Of a stretch of 64,000 bases of DNA, positions 17,874 to 26,547 are shown in pieces. The translations under genes were made by a program, and so were the position numbers. A model generated the notes under the pieces. That model was given only the letters and a program-made list of their open reading frames with translations, was not told the origin of the DNA and did not search any database. The stretch spans positions 124,001 to 188,000 of the IMG/VR virus record IMGVR_UViG_3300047319_001872; one strand, written 5' to 3'. Position 1 is the stretch's first letter. Every line of letters starts with the position of its first letter.

Positions 17874-19172
17874 TTAGGCTGAGTGATTGGGATGCTGGCC
17901 GCCCGCTGCCGCGCGGTAACGCGGGTGTTGCCAACCAGCTTCCTTCGCGACACCGTGCACCTTGCCCAACACGCCTTCCGAGTACTCCGGAGCGACGACC
18001 AGACCTTCCAGCGCACGCCACTTGTTGTACAGATCGACCAAGAAGCGCTTGACCATATACCGGATCGCCATGTTGTGCTTATGCAGGTCCGTCTTCTCAG
18101 CGTGGCGAGGATCGTTCTTCAGGCGGTTCTTGTAATTGTTGTAGATCACCGCATACGGGCTCGGTTCGACGACTACCGTGTGACCCTTGGCGCGCAGATA
18201 GATGATGACAGCTTGGTCTTCGTCCATCTCCGCGTAGTCCTTCGGATCAAAGCCTTCTTCCTTGGCCAGTTCCAGTCGACGGACTGCGCCGACCTTCTTG
18301 CCATCCACGGTGGAGATGCCTGCGCGCAAGAACGAGGTACCCGCCACACCGATCAGCTTAGTCTTCAGGAACGGGTTGAAGGTGATCGAATCCCGCAACG
18401 CCTGCTCGCCCTCGCGATTGGTGTATTCCTTCTGCACCAAACAGAAGTCGCGCCGCGAACGACCAACTGCCTCGAAGGTCACCGGGTACTTGCCTTCGGC
18501 GAGCATCGGCAGATCGAAGTTCTTGCTGTCGGCGTACCAGGCGTCGATTTCTTGCCCGCGCACGGTCTGCTCACGACCCTTGTCGTCGACGTACTTGCCA
18601 ATATGCACCACGTCCAGCCCAGCGAGCTTCCACAGGCTTGACGGATACTCGGCCTTGGTGATGTCGATTTCGGAGACGATGATGCCCGCCAAAGCCGGAC
18701 CAATGCCGCGCACCCCGGACAAGAACTCTGTGTAGATCGGGATCTTCTTCAGAATCCGCTCCATGTCCTTGAAGTGGTGCTCTTCGTTCTTGAGCGTGTT
18801 CAGGTAGTTATCCACCAGCAGCAGTTCGCTGTAGTGCGTGATGAGCTCGTCGCCCTTGAATTTCTTCTCGGTGGGAAGCTTAGCGGTCATCGTTTCGATG
18901 GCTTCTGTGGTGTCGTCGTGGTGCTCGTCGATGATGCCGTCAGTGATACGACGATAGGACTTGCGCAACTGCTCGAGCAGGTTCTTTTCCTGCTTCTCGA
19001 GTTCGGCCTCGCTCATGCCGTCCTGACGCAGACCGAGCTTGGCTTTGAAGCTGGCGGTCACGCGGTTCCCCATCTGAATGCGCAGACCCTGCATGTCGTA
19101 GGCTGAGCGCACCATGGTGCGAATCACAGCGAGATTCGGGTTGTAGGTCGGGGCGATGATCGGGGTATTCAT
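17874..19172 (-). CDS. tasA: TasA-like RNA-binding protein (Nop/IS110 C-terminal domain, no RuvC or HNH)
   Basis: Coiled-coil N-terminus (VRSAYDMQGLRIQMGNR), GVRGIGPALAG.IVSEID, SSLWKLAGLD, FNPFLKTKL, YAVIYNNYKNRL, HKHNMAIRYMVKRFLVDLY..WRALEGL; adjacent to a dual-repeat 36-nt array. Confidence 0.8.
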   Translation of the reverse strand: MNTPIIAPTYNPNLAVIRTMVRSAYDMQGLRIQMGNRVTASFKAKLGLRQDGMSEAELEKQEKNLLEQLRKSYRRITDGIIDEHHDDTTEAIETMTAKLPTEKKFKGDELITHYSELLLVDNYLNTLKNEEHHFKDMERILKKIPIYTEFLSGVRGIGPALAGIIVSEIDITKAEYPSSLWKLAGLDVVHIGKYVDDKGREQTVRGQEIDAWYADSKNFDLPMLAEGKYPVTFEAVGRSRRDFCLVQKEYTNREGEQALRDSITFNPFLKTKLIGVAGTSFLRAGISTVDGKKVGAVRRLELAKEEGFDPKDYAEMDEDQAVIIYLRAKGHTVVVEPSPYAVIYNNYKNRLKNDPRHAEKTDLHKHNMAIRYMVKRFLVDLYNKWRALEGLVVAPEYSEGVLGKVHGVAKEAGWQHPRYRAAAGGQHPNHSA

Positions 19173-19200
19173 GATTCGGTTTCCTTGTTTCAATTGTAAG

Positions 19201-20458
19201 TGGTTGTATACGCGTTGGTGTTACACTAGCTGCTCTTGGGTGAGAGTCTACTGGTTTGATACACTACGTCGTCATGGATGAATACAGCTTACTGATGCAC
19301 TAGTTGTTCAGGGGTGACTGCGTTCTGTCGATCCACTATGCGAGATTGGGTGAATTTGCTACGATGATACACTGTGGGAATATGAGTGAATAAAGGTTGC
19401 TGATACATTTGACGCAATTGGGCGAATAAGACCGTTTGATACGCTGTTGTATGTTGGATGAAACTGTCCAACTGGTTCATTCTATCTGGATGGGTGCTTT
19501 TCTTACTTTGATACACTTTCTGGCTCTGGGTGACTGAAGTTTGGTGATGCACTAACCGGAATTGGGTGACTGTTTGACCGTGATGCGTTACTCTACACTG
19601 GGTGATGTTCCCCTCTGAGACACACTGCGAATTGATGGGGGTTTCAAGACTTTTGATACACTGAGCTATCTGGATGACTCATGCACGATGATACACTGAC
19701 CTCGCATGGGCGACAACAGTGCCTAGATACACTGATTACATCTGGTTGAATTACTTCACTTGGTACATTCTATCACAATGGGTGACTGGAGCAGATTGAT
19801 ACACTCGAGATCGTGGGTGACATTCGTCCTACCTTGATACGCTGTCTCTTTTTGGGAGACCTTCCCGAAGTGGCCCACTAAAATTTTTTGGGTGTCTGCG
19901 TATTTTTGATGCGGTCGATTACCTGGGTAACTTCCATGTTTTGACCCGTATTACTTAATTGGGTGACAACACCCTTTGACGCACTTCTCCTCCACGGGCG
20001 AAATTAAACCGATGGTACGATTTCGACTCTCTGGGGGACTATGTCAGTCTGACACACTAGACTACAATGGGGGACTTTTACTCATTGGTGCAATTATCCG
20101 GTTTGGGCGGCTAACAAAAACATGATGCATTTTCCGTCTCTCCTGGGTGTTTCAACGTGCCTGATGCGCAAGTGTAGTATGGGTGAATTCATCTTCTCTG
20201 GCACACATTTCCCCTATGGGTGTGATACCGATGTGATACATTCAACGGAGCTGGGTGAGTTTCTCCGAGCGATACGATAGTCTATGATGGGTGACTCGCC
20301 GCATTTGACCCACTGGCGTAGGGTGGATGGGGCTTGAGTTTTCTGATGCACTTCGACAACTGGGTGACTTGACTTCCTTGGTCAACTACGCGGGACTGGG
20401 TGACATCGATACTCTGATACACTAAATCGCTTGGGTGGCTGACTGTCCTTGATGCTTA
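19201..20458 (+). ncRNA. TIGR-like tandem interspaced guide RNA array, ~34 units of ~36 nt
   Basis: 35 copies of TGATACACT-like repeat (19219, 19257, 19293 ... 20415, 20450) alternate with ~34 TGGGTGACT-like repeats at mostly 18-nt spacing; spacers ~9 nt and non-repeating where read. Confidence 0.88.
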
Positions 20459-20462
20459 CTGC

Positions 20463-20492
20463 AGCCCGAGGCTTGCCTCGGGCTTTATGCCG
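20463..20492 (+). terminator. terminator closing the array on the plus strand
   Basis: AGCCCGAGGC-TT-GCCTCGGGCT followed by TTATGCCG on +; the other flank is not U-rich. Confidence 0.7.
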
Positions 20493-20500
20493 CACTGCTG

Positions 20501-20800
20501 TTAATGCACCGTATCGTTACCGCGATGCAGCACCGTCAGGTTCTCCTTCACCAGCTCGACCTTGGTCGTCGTCTTCGAGATGATGTCGTCGACATAGGCG
20601 AGCACTTCAGTAGCCTTGTCGATCAGGACCAGATCGTTCTCCGCCATGCCTTGGCCCGCTTCGTAGAACGGCTTCACGCGTGCGGTGATCTTGGTGATAC
20701 ACTGGCTCAGCTCGTCGAACGTCGCGAACGAATTCGGCGGGTTGTTTACAAACGCCACGAGTTCTTCACGCTCTTCGGGGGTGAGTTCAAAACGTTCCAT
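20501..20800 (-). CDS. helical hypothetical protein
   Basis: ORF track; AGGAG RBS. Confidence 0.65.
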   Translation of the reverse strand: MERFELTPEEREELVAFVNNPPNSFATFDELSQCITKITARVKPFYEAGQGMAENDLVLIDKATEVLAYVDDIISKTTTKVELVKENLTVLHRGNDTVH

Positions 20801-20821
20801 CGTCTTCTCCTGGTGATCTTG

Positions 20822-21220
20822 CTACTGCGGGACTTCCACGACTTCACCCGGAATCACACGAATCGAATCCGGCTCGTAGACATCCTTGTAACCTTGCGGG
20901 TACTTCAGGCCGATCTCACTGTCGTCGTTACGCGGGTCCCAGCGCACGACGTACGGGCAGCGATTGCCGTCGTAGAAGCCGCCCACCAGCGCGCCCATCA
21001 TAGCGCTCTGCAAAGCCGCATCCTGAATGGTCGCGATGGCTTCAGCGGCCGCACGGGGGTTTTCCTTCGCGTAGTTGTTAGGCGTGATGCGGTTGTAACC
21101 GACGATCGTGCCTTTGCCATGCGAATGCGGACCACCATCGAAGTGGGTGACGCGCTGGCCGATAGGGAGCAGTTCCATTACTTGGCCTCCTGGTCTTTTA
21201 TCGAAGAACGGCTTTGCCAA
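20822..21220 (-). CDS. hypothetical protein
   Basis: ORF track; start may be ATG 21178. Confidence 0.6.
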   Translation of the reverse strand: MAKPFFDKRPGGQVMELLPIGQRVTHFDGGPHSHGKGTIVGYNRITPNNYAKENPRAAAEAIATIQDAALQSAMMGALVGGFYDGNRCPYVVRWDPRNDDSEIGLKYPQGYKDVYEPDSIRVIPGEVVEVPQ

Positions 21221-21633
21221 CCACCGAGCTCATGGCGCTCGAAGACGCCGTATTTGTAAGCCGAGGCTTGCAGTGAGAAGAAGATCTCGATGGCATTCAT
21301 CACGCCTGGGCACGAGAGCGTGATCTTGAAGCCGTCGTAATAGTCGTAGTCGCCATTGTCTTTGGCCACCGCCTTGTAGAACTTGACCGGCAGCCAGTTG
21401 TAGCGCACTTCACCGGTATCTTTGCCGTCGAAGCCATTGGTCAGCTGCAGCAGCGCGTATGCGGCATCCGTCACGCGCTTCATGATGCGAATGACGAACT
21501 TGTCATTGGCATATTCGTCGAGCAGGGTGGCCTGATGGACCATCTCGGTAAGCTCGCGTAGATTCGGCAGATCGATGTCTTGCATCATGAAGAAATTATT
21601 CGTTGGGTCGTAAGGCGTGCGAATGGGGTTCAT
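21178..21633 (-). CDS. hypothetical protein
   Basis: ORF track. Confidence 0.6.
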   Translation of the reverse strand: MNPIRTPYDPTNNFFMMQDIDLPNLRELTEMVHQATLLDEYANDKFVIRIMKRVTDAAYALLQLTNGFDGKDTGEVRYNWLPVKFYKAVAKDNGDYDYYDGFKITLSCPGVMNAIEIFFSLQASAYKYGVFERHELGGWQSRSSIKDQEAK

Positions 21634-21635
21634 CG

Positions 21636-21983
21636 TCAGTGCTTCACAATTAGGTTGGTAGGAAGCTCGGGGTCTTGCTCAGCAATCCGGATAATGCGAT
21701 CCTGCTCATTCACGAAGAGCGCCCACTTGGTGACCAGCTGGTCAGCGCGCGTCATGGTGAGCAGGTACGCGGGATTGGAATTACCATCAAGCGTCTTGAT
21801 CAAACCGTAGACCAGGCTGTAACGCAAGGTCTGGCCATTGAAACGTCGCAAAATCGTTTCAAAGTACGGCTTGGCCAACAAATGCAACTGGTGCTTCGCT
21901 TCCAGATCGTGGCACTGTGCATAGATGGCCTGAACCACATCGCCGACATTACCTCGAGCGGCCACTTCGAGTAGCGACGCCAT
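21636..21983 (-). CDS. hypothetical protein
   Basis: ORF track; AGGAGG RBS. Confidence 0.65.
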   Translation of the reverse strand: MASLLEVAARGNVGDVVQAIYAQCHDLEAKHQLHLLAKPYFETILRRFNGQTLRYSLVYGLIKTLDGNSNPAYLLTMTRADQLVTKWALFVNEQDRIIRIAEQDPELPTNLIVKH

Positions 21984-22009
21984 GACTCACCTCCTGGGAC
22001 ATAGGAACC

Positions 22010-22510
22010 TCAATTGCTCGCAAGGAGCAGCGGAATATGTTTGGGTGGAAGAGATGCTACATGCACAGTCTGCTGCTTAGCTGCAAGAATCGTCTTTACC
22101 ACTTGACGGACCTTGATGGCGTACACCGCACGCTCTTTGGGCGTGTTGGAATGATAGCCCCCGACGGCAGCCCAGGTGTTGCCGTACCGGTTCATCGAGC
22201 GACGCAGCAACCAGGCTGCGACGTATATGTTCTTGCAGCTCTGCATCAAGTCCCGGCGGCCGATCTTGTACCTCTTCAGCTCCGGGAGATGAATCGAATT
22301 GACCTGCATCAGGCCAAAATCAACCGAGCCATTCTTGTTACGGTTTAATGCCTTCGGGTCGTTCTGACTTTCCACCACCGCAATCCCACGCAGGATTAGC
22401 GGGTTGACTTTCTGATACGACGCCGCGTCGGTAAAGCAGTCAGCTTCGCAAACCCCGGAAAACAACACGGCTAAAGCAGTGAGGGCGGCTAAGATTGTTA
22501 TTCTAACCAT
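22010..22510 (-). CDS. secreted lytic transglycosylase (SLT / IagB-like)
   Basis: Signal peptide; LRGIAVVES (catalytic Glu), DFGLMQVN, CKNIYVAAWLL, AVGGYHS. Confidence 0.88.
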   Translation of the reverse strand: MVRITILAALTALAVLFSGVCEADCFTDAASYQKVNPLILRGIAVVESQNDPKALNRNKNGSVDFGLMQVNSIHLPELKRYKIGRRDLMQSCKNIYVAAWLLRRSMNRYGNTWAAVGGYHSNTPKERAVYAIKVRQVVKTILAAKQQTVHVASLPPKHIPLLLASN

Positions 22511-22644
22511 CGTTTATTCTTCCTTGTAATTAGCGTTGATGAAGGTGCTTCCTGTAATGCTAAGTTAGTGATATAGGGCTGAAACTCGTTTGACGTCATA
22601 GAGCGAGGAAGCTCTCCTCCCCGCTTTTCACGATGCTTGTTGTT

Positions 22645-22956
22645 TTAGTGATGCACTGCTGCGAACAGATCCGTCACCGTCCAATGGTGCTCACGATAAC
22701 GCGCCGCCAACTGGTTCGACCACGCGAGGCACTCCGCATGCGTGCCGACATCGCACACAGCCAGAGCCCGCCCGTCCTTGTGACGCAAGTACGCCGAAAA
22801 GAATTCCGGCTTCTCGTTGTCCATCACGCACGGATGACGACCGTCTTCGACCGAACCGGTAGCGATGCGCACGCCACTGATTTCTACGCCAGTGAAGTTC
22901 TCCGGCTGATCTTTGATGACCGCCGCTGCGAAGAATTCGTTCTTGAAACCTTCCAT
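22645..22956 (-). CDS. hypothetical protein
   Basis: AGGAG RBS before ATG 22956. Confidence 0.6.
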   Translation of the reverse strand: MEGFKNEFFAAAVIKDQPENFTGVEISGVRIATGSVEDGRHPCVMDNEKPEFFSAYLRHKDGRALAVCDVGTHAECLAWSNQLAARYREHHWTVTDLFAAVHH

Positions 22957-22985
22957 GGTACTGCTCCTGTAGTGAGACGTTATAG

Positions 22986-23330
22986 TTAGCGCACTTGCGG
23001 CGGGACGAGGTGAGGGACAGTCTCGCCGTGATGCGTGAGGTAGTCGGCGGGCACAGGCCAGTGATGCAACTGGTAGACGACGTCCCGACAACCAAAGCAG
23101 AACACCTTGCGCGTGTGAATGTCGTAATGACCACAGCGACTTCCACACTTCGGACAGTCTGGATTGGCACCCCAAGTCCTACGAGGCGTTGGAGGAGGCT
23201 GCTTCTTCCAGACTAACCTCCACTCGCCTTGCTTCTTGACGTAGAGGCGTTTGACCGGGAGGAGCTGAAGCTTCACCCCTCTCGGCTCAAAGAGCCACTT
23301 AAATAACCGACTCAGCATAGTGCCCACCAA
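22986..23330 (-). CDS. zinc-ribbon protein
   Basis: CPKCG...CFGC. Confidence 0.55.
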   Translation of the reverse strand: MVGTMLSRLFKWLFEPRGVKLQLLPVKRLYVKKQGEWRLVWKKQPPPTPRRTWGANPDCPKCGSRCGHYDIHTRKVFCFGCRDVVYQLHHWPVPADYLTHHGETVPHLVPPQVR

Positions 23331-23748
23331 CCTGAAACGAAAAGTTCAGTTTGACCATCACCGCCAGACTGGCCAGGACATCGAGCGACACCGGGTCGTC
23401 GAGGTTCTTGAACTTCGTCATCGGGTACTTAAGCGGACCAAGACGCTTGGCTATCTGTGCCGGTTTGAGACCCAGCTTCACGATTTCGTTCCAGATCAGG
23501 AGTTTGGCTTCGATGTTCAGACTCAGCGTCATGGCCAATTCGCCGTGTTGCGGTTGCGAAGGCAAGGGGATCGGTCGGCCACGCTCCATCAGGAGTTCGG
23601 CGACGATCTTGAATGCCTCGTAACCCATTTTCACTGCGAATTCTTTCGTCGTGCCGCGCGGTGCACCCGTCACCAGTTGCCGTATATCGCGGGACTCTAC
23701 AAGCCAGCCCGGATCATCGACCGTGACCTTAAGCGGATAAATCAGCAT
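23299..23748 (-). CDS. hicB: HicB-family antitoxin-like protein (orphan)
   Basis: YPLKV...WLVESRDI...GRPIPLPS...LSLNIEAKLLIWNE...AQIAKRLG, collinear with the HicB-HTH architecture. Confidence 0.7.
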   Translation of the reverse strand: MLIYPLKVTVDDPGWLVESRDIRQLVTGAPRGTTKEFAVKMGYEAFKIVAELLMERGRPIPLPSQPQHGELAMTLSLNIEAKLLIWNEIVKLGLKPAQIAKRLGPLKYPMTKFKNLDDPVSLDVLASLAVMVKLNFSFQVGGHYAESVI

Positions 23749-23761
23749 TTCTTTCCTTTAA

Positions 23762-24148
23762 TTAATCAAACTTAATATCACGGAGCGACTCCTTCGCTGG
23801 GGCACGCAGCCAGCCGAAGCTTAGCACCCAGCGCGTGCCTTGCTCGATCGGCGTGACCATGTGCAAACACTGATCCGGCCGAAAGAGCGCAATGCGCCAC
23901 CACCGGAAGATGCACTTCTCCACCACGAAGAAGCCACCGACTTTGGGTCGCTTCACTTCGATGTTGAGTCGATAGTGACGCTGGTCAAAGTTGGCTTTGT
24001 CTTTGTGGGGCGGAATCGACGACCCAGTGGGATACTGGATCAGATGCATGTCGAACTTGAGCTGCGAGCTGTTGATGAACGTCATGATTCGATACCCTGA
24101 ACCCTGACGCCCCTCACTCCACTTAGGCAGCAGACGCCTCAGCATCAC
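23762..24148 (-). CDS. 2OG-Fe(II) dioxygenase-like protein
   Basis: YPTGSSIPPHKD (HxD), LFRPD..LHMVTP (distal His), RWVLSFGW. Confidence 0.75.
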   Translation of the reverse strand: MMLRRLLPKWSEGRQGSGYRIMTFINSSQLKFDMHLIQYPTGSSIPPHKDKANFDQRHYRLNIEVKRPKVGGFFVVEKCIFRWWRIALFRPDQCLHMVTPIEQGTRWVLSFGWLRAPAKESLRDIKFD

Positions 24149-24435
24149 TCCACCCGCTCCAGATCTTTCTCGGTCACACGCGGTTCAGCCTTCGGCGGCT
24201 CGGGCGGAATGTCCTGCAGCCAATCTTCAGCCACTGTGACGTACATGCCGGTAGCGCCATACTGCGAGACAAACTCCCGACCATCGGCCGACTCCACGTA
24301 CCAGAGCGGGCCGTGCTCGATGTGATCGAGTGGCTGGCGATGAATCGTCTTACACTTGCGACCCACCGAGAGACCTTTGGGGCCATTGGCCGAGCCAATG
24401 ATCAGATAGACTTTCCCCGGAACGACGTTTGCCAT
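24145..24435 (-). CDS. hypothetical protein
   Basis: ORF track, coupled to neighbours. Confidence 0.6.
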   Translation of the reverse strand: MANVVPGKVYLIIGSANGPKGLSVGRKCKTIHRQPLDHIEHGPLWYVESADGREFVSQYGATGMYVTVAEDWLQDIPPEPPKAEPRVTEKDLERVE

Positions 24436-24839
24436 TATGCTGCTTCCTTTGCTTCTGCGCCCGTATTCAGGCGTCCTTTAATAGGGAGGGCCAACAAGCG
24501 CATCACATCCAGCAGACGCGGCACGTCGGCAACATTGTCGATTTCCAGCAGGCGGTGTTCTTCGCTGCGCGACAGACGCAGCGACAAACGAATGCCGCAG
24601 TAGAACGGTTTGGTCGGATCGTCTTCCTGACAGATCGGACGTAGCGTGTAGCGAGCGCCATGGTGCGTAACGAACTCATGGATATTGGAACCCTGTCGCC
24701 ACTCCTTGAAACCCACGTGCTTGGCTGCACCTTGCATCGCTTCGATGAAGGGCAGGATATACTTCGCGTGGTGATCCGCGTTGGCTACCGTGCCTTTGAT
24801 ACCTTTACCGCCTTTACGCAACAACGTTACTTCAGTCAT
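24435..24839 (-). CDS. hypothetical protein
   Basis: ORF track; AAGGAG RBS. Confidence 0.6.
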   Translation of the reverse strand: MTEVTLLRKGGKGIKGTVANADHHAKYILPFIEAMQGAAKHVGFKEWRQGSNIHEFVTHHGARYTLRPICQEDDPTKPFYCGIRLSLRLSRSEEHRLLEIDNVADVPRLLDVMRLLALPIKGRLNTGAEAKEAA

Positions 24840-24905
24840 CTACTCAGCTCCTTTAAGCTTGAGATTGAGCCGACCTCAAAGTCTGGCTCGGGTTGGATAA
24901 AACAT

Positions 24906-25268
24906 TTAGCCTGCTCTCGCCAAGGAGAACAGGTTGTAGCAAGCGAACACCACCCACGGAATCAGAATCACCGCCCCGATGACTTTACGAATGCTCGCTT
25001 TACGCGTCGCACTCAGTACGATCATCAGTACCCCGGAGACCAACATCATGAAAATGAAGACGGTGAAGTCAGTCGACAGCGGCTTTTCTTCTGGCAGGGG
25101 CAACTGATGCGGCGGCTGCACCACCTGAATCGTCGTGCCTGCCGGAGCTTGCACAATGATGACTTGGGGTTGGGTCTGCTGGCTCGCCGCAGGCGAATTG
25201 TTGCTGTCCATCGCCGAGCTCAAAGCGAGGTTCACCCCGACATTGTTAGTGAGGGGGAGGTAGCTCAT
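24906..25268 (-). CDS. membrane protein with Gln/Pro-rich N-terminus
   Basis: Two C-terminal TM helices. Confidence 0.6.
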   Translation of the reverse strand: MSYLPLTNNVGVNLALSSAMDSNNSPAASQQTQPQVIIVQAPAGTTIQVVQPPHQLPLPEEKPLSTDFTVFIFMMLVSGVLMIVLSATRKASIRKVIGAVILIPWVVFACYNLFSLARAG

Positions 25269-25594
25269 TCGGGCTCCGGCACGTACATGATCGTGAACTG
25301 ACGGATCTCCGAAGCGCTCGGGCCCATCTTGACCCACTTGAGGATCACTTGATCTTTGCTGACCGTGATCGTCTTTGTGTCCGACTGCAGCATCTCGTCG
25401 ATCTCGTCTTTGCAGAAGAGGCCACTCTCACGCATGTCGCGCAGCGTCTTGTCAATACCCGTCATTGCCGCGCAGATCAACGTGCCCGCTTCTTCGTTTT
25501 GCAGATGACTCGTCAGGTTACGGCTCGTGTCGAGTTTGACATCCGGCGTCGGCACGCGATGTTGCCTGAATTCCATCTTGGTGAAGTCTGCCAT
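25265..25594 (-). CDS. hypothetical protein
   Basis: ORF track; AAGGAG RBS. Confidence 0.6.
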   Translation of the reverse strand: MADFTKMEFRQHRVPTPDVKLDTSRNLTSHLQNEEAGTLICAAMTGIDKTLRDMRESGLFCKDEIDEMLQSDTKTITVSKDQVILKWVKMGPSASEIRQFTIMYVPEPE

Positions 25595-25624
25595 TTTTCT
25601 TCTCCTTATTAACTTCGAGGAAGG

Positions 25625-26494
25625 TTACACCCGCGCGGTTGTGATGCCCATCTGGCCTTGATACTTGCCCGCGCGCTTGGCGTAGTCGATCTCGCACGGC
25701 TCGCCTTGCAAGAACATGAACTGCGCGATGCCCATGTCCGCGTACACCTTCATCGGAAGCGGTGTCTGGTTAGCGATCTCGATGACCACCTGACCCTTGA
25801 AGCCGGGTTCGATCGGCGTCACGTTGATGGCGCAGCCCGCTCGCGCGTACGTCGACTTGCCCACACAGATCGCCACCACGTCGTTGGGCATGTTGAAGTA
25901 CTCGATCGTGTGGCCGAGCACGTAGCTGTTGGGCGGGATGACGACGTAGTCGCCTTCCATATCGACGTAGGCTTCATCCGGCATATTCAGCGGGTCGATC
26001 ACGGCGCCGTAGACGTTCGTGAAGACCTTGAACTTACGCCCAAGCCGCACGTCGTAGCCCATGCTGCTGGTGCCGTAGGAAATGATCTTCTGACCGGGAT
26101 TCGTCGCAATGGCGCCGTCCTTAGTACCGAAGCGCCAGGCTTGCTTGTCATCGTCCCAGTATTTGTCAGCAGTGCGAACCTGGCCCGGCACAAAGGGCGT
26201 GATCATGCGACCCCATTGGCCGTTTAGCTGACCAACCACCAAATCCTGATCCGGGTCCGGAACAAAACAGGCGCCGCCTGCGAAGCCTACGGCCTGCTCG
26301 GTCGTGAGCTCCTTCAGACCCCGCATGGCTTCTTCCATACCGCCTTTGCAGCGCGTGTCGTCGCGATAGCCGTCCCCGATGCAGTACAGTTCATCGCCGA
26401 CCAGCGCATAGAGCGTACGCCGCAGGTTGTTATCGACTCGCTGGTGGGTGGGCATCAGCGAGAGCTTTCTGATTGCGCGGTCATTCAAAATCAT
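25625..26494 (-). CDS. dcd: dCTP deaminase with N-terminal insertions
   Basis: IISYGTSSMGYDVRL, IPPNS, GKSTYARAG, NVTPIEPG, GIAQ, GKYQGQ. Confidence 0.92.
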   Translation of the reverse strand: MILNDRAIRKLSLMPTHQRVDNNLRRTLYALVGDELYCIGDGYRDDTRCKGGMEEAMRGLKELTTEQAVGFAGGACFVPDPDQDLVVGQLNGQWGRMITPFVPGQVRTADKYWDDDKQAWRFGTKDGAIATNPGQKIISYGTSSMGYDVRLGRKFKVFTNVYGAVIDPLNMPDEAYVDMEGDYVVIPPNSYVLGHTIEYFNMPNDVVAICVGKSTYARAGCAINVTPIEPGFKGQVVIEIANQTPLPMKVYADMGIAQFMFLQGEPCEIDYAKRAGKYQGQMGITTARV

Positions 26495-26547
26495 GTCAAT
26501 CTTCCTTGTTTTATACCCACTTGATGGGGCGTGGGTGTAATTTAAAG

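Noticed and set aside
17874-19172. IS110 transposase / insertion sequence
   Set aside because: No N-terminal DEDD RuvC-like domain and no IS ends recognised; it is paired with a guide-like array instead
19289-19552. 87-aa ORF inside the array (repetitive peptide hypothesis)
   Set aside because: By-product of the 36-nt period; no RBS, and 17/19-nt slips break the frame in the rest of the array
19201-20458. CRISPR array
   Set aside because: Repeats are 9 nt, two types alternate, spacers are ~9 nt and there are no cas genes; the geometry fits TIGR, not CRISPR
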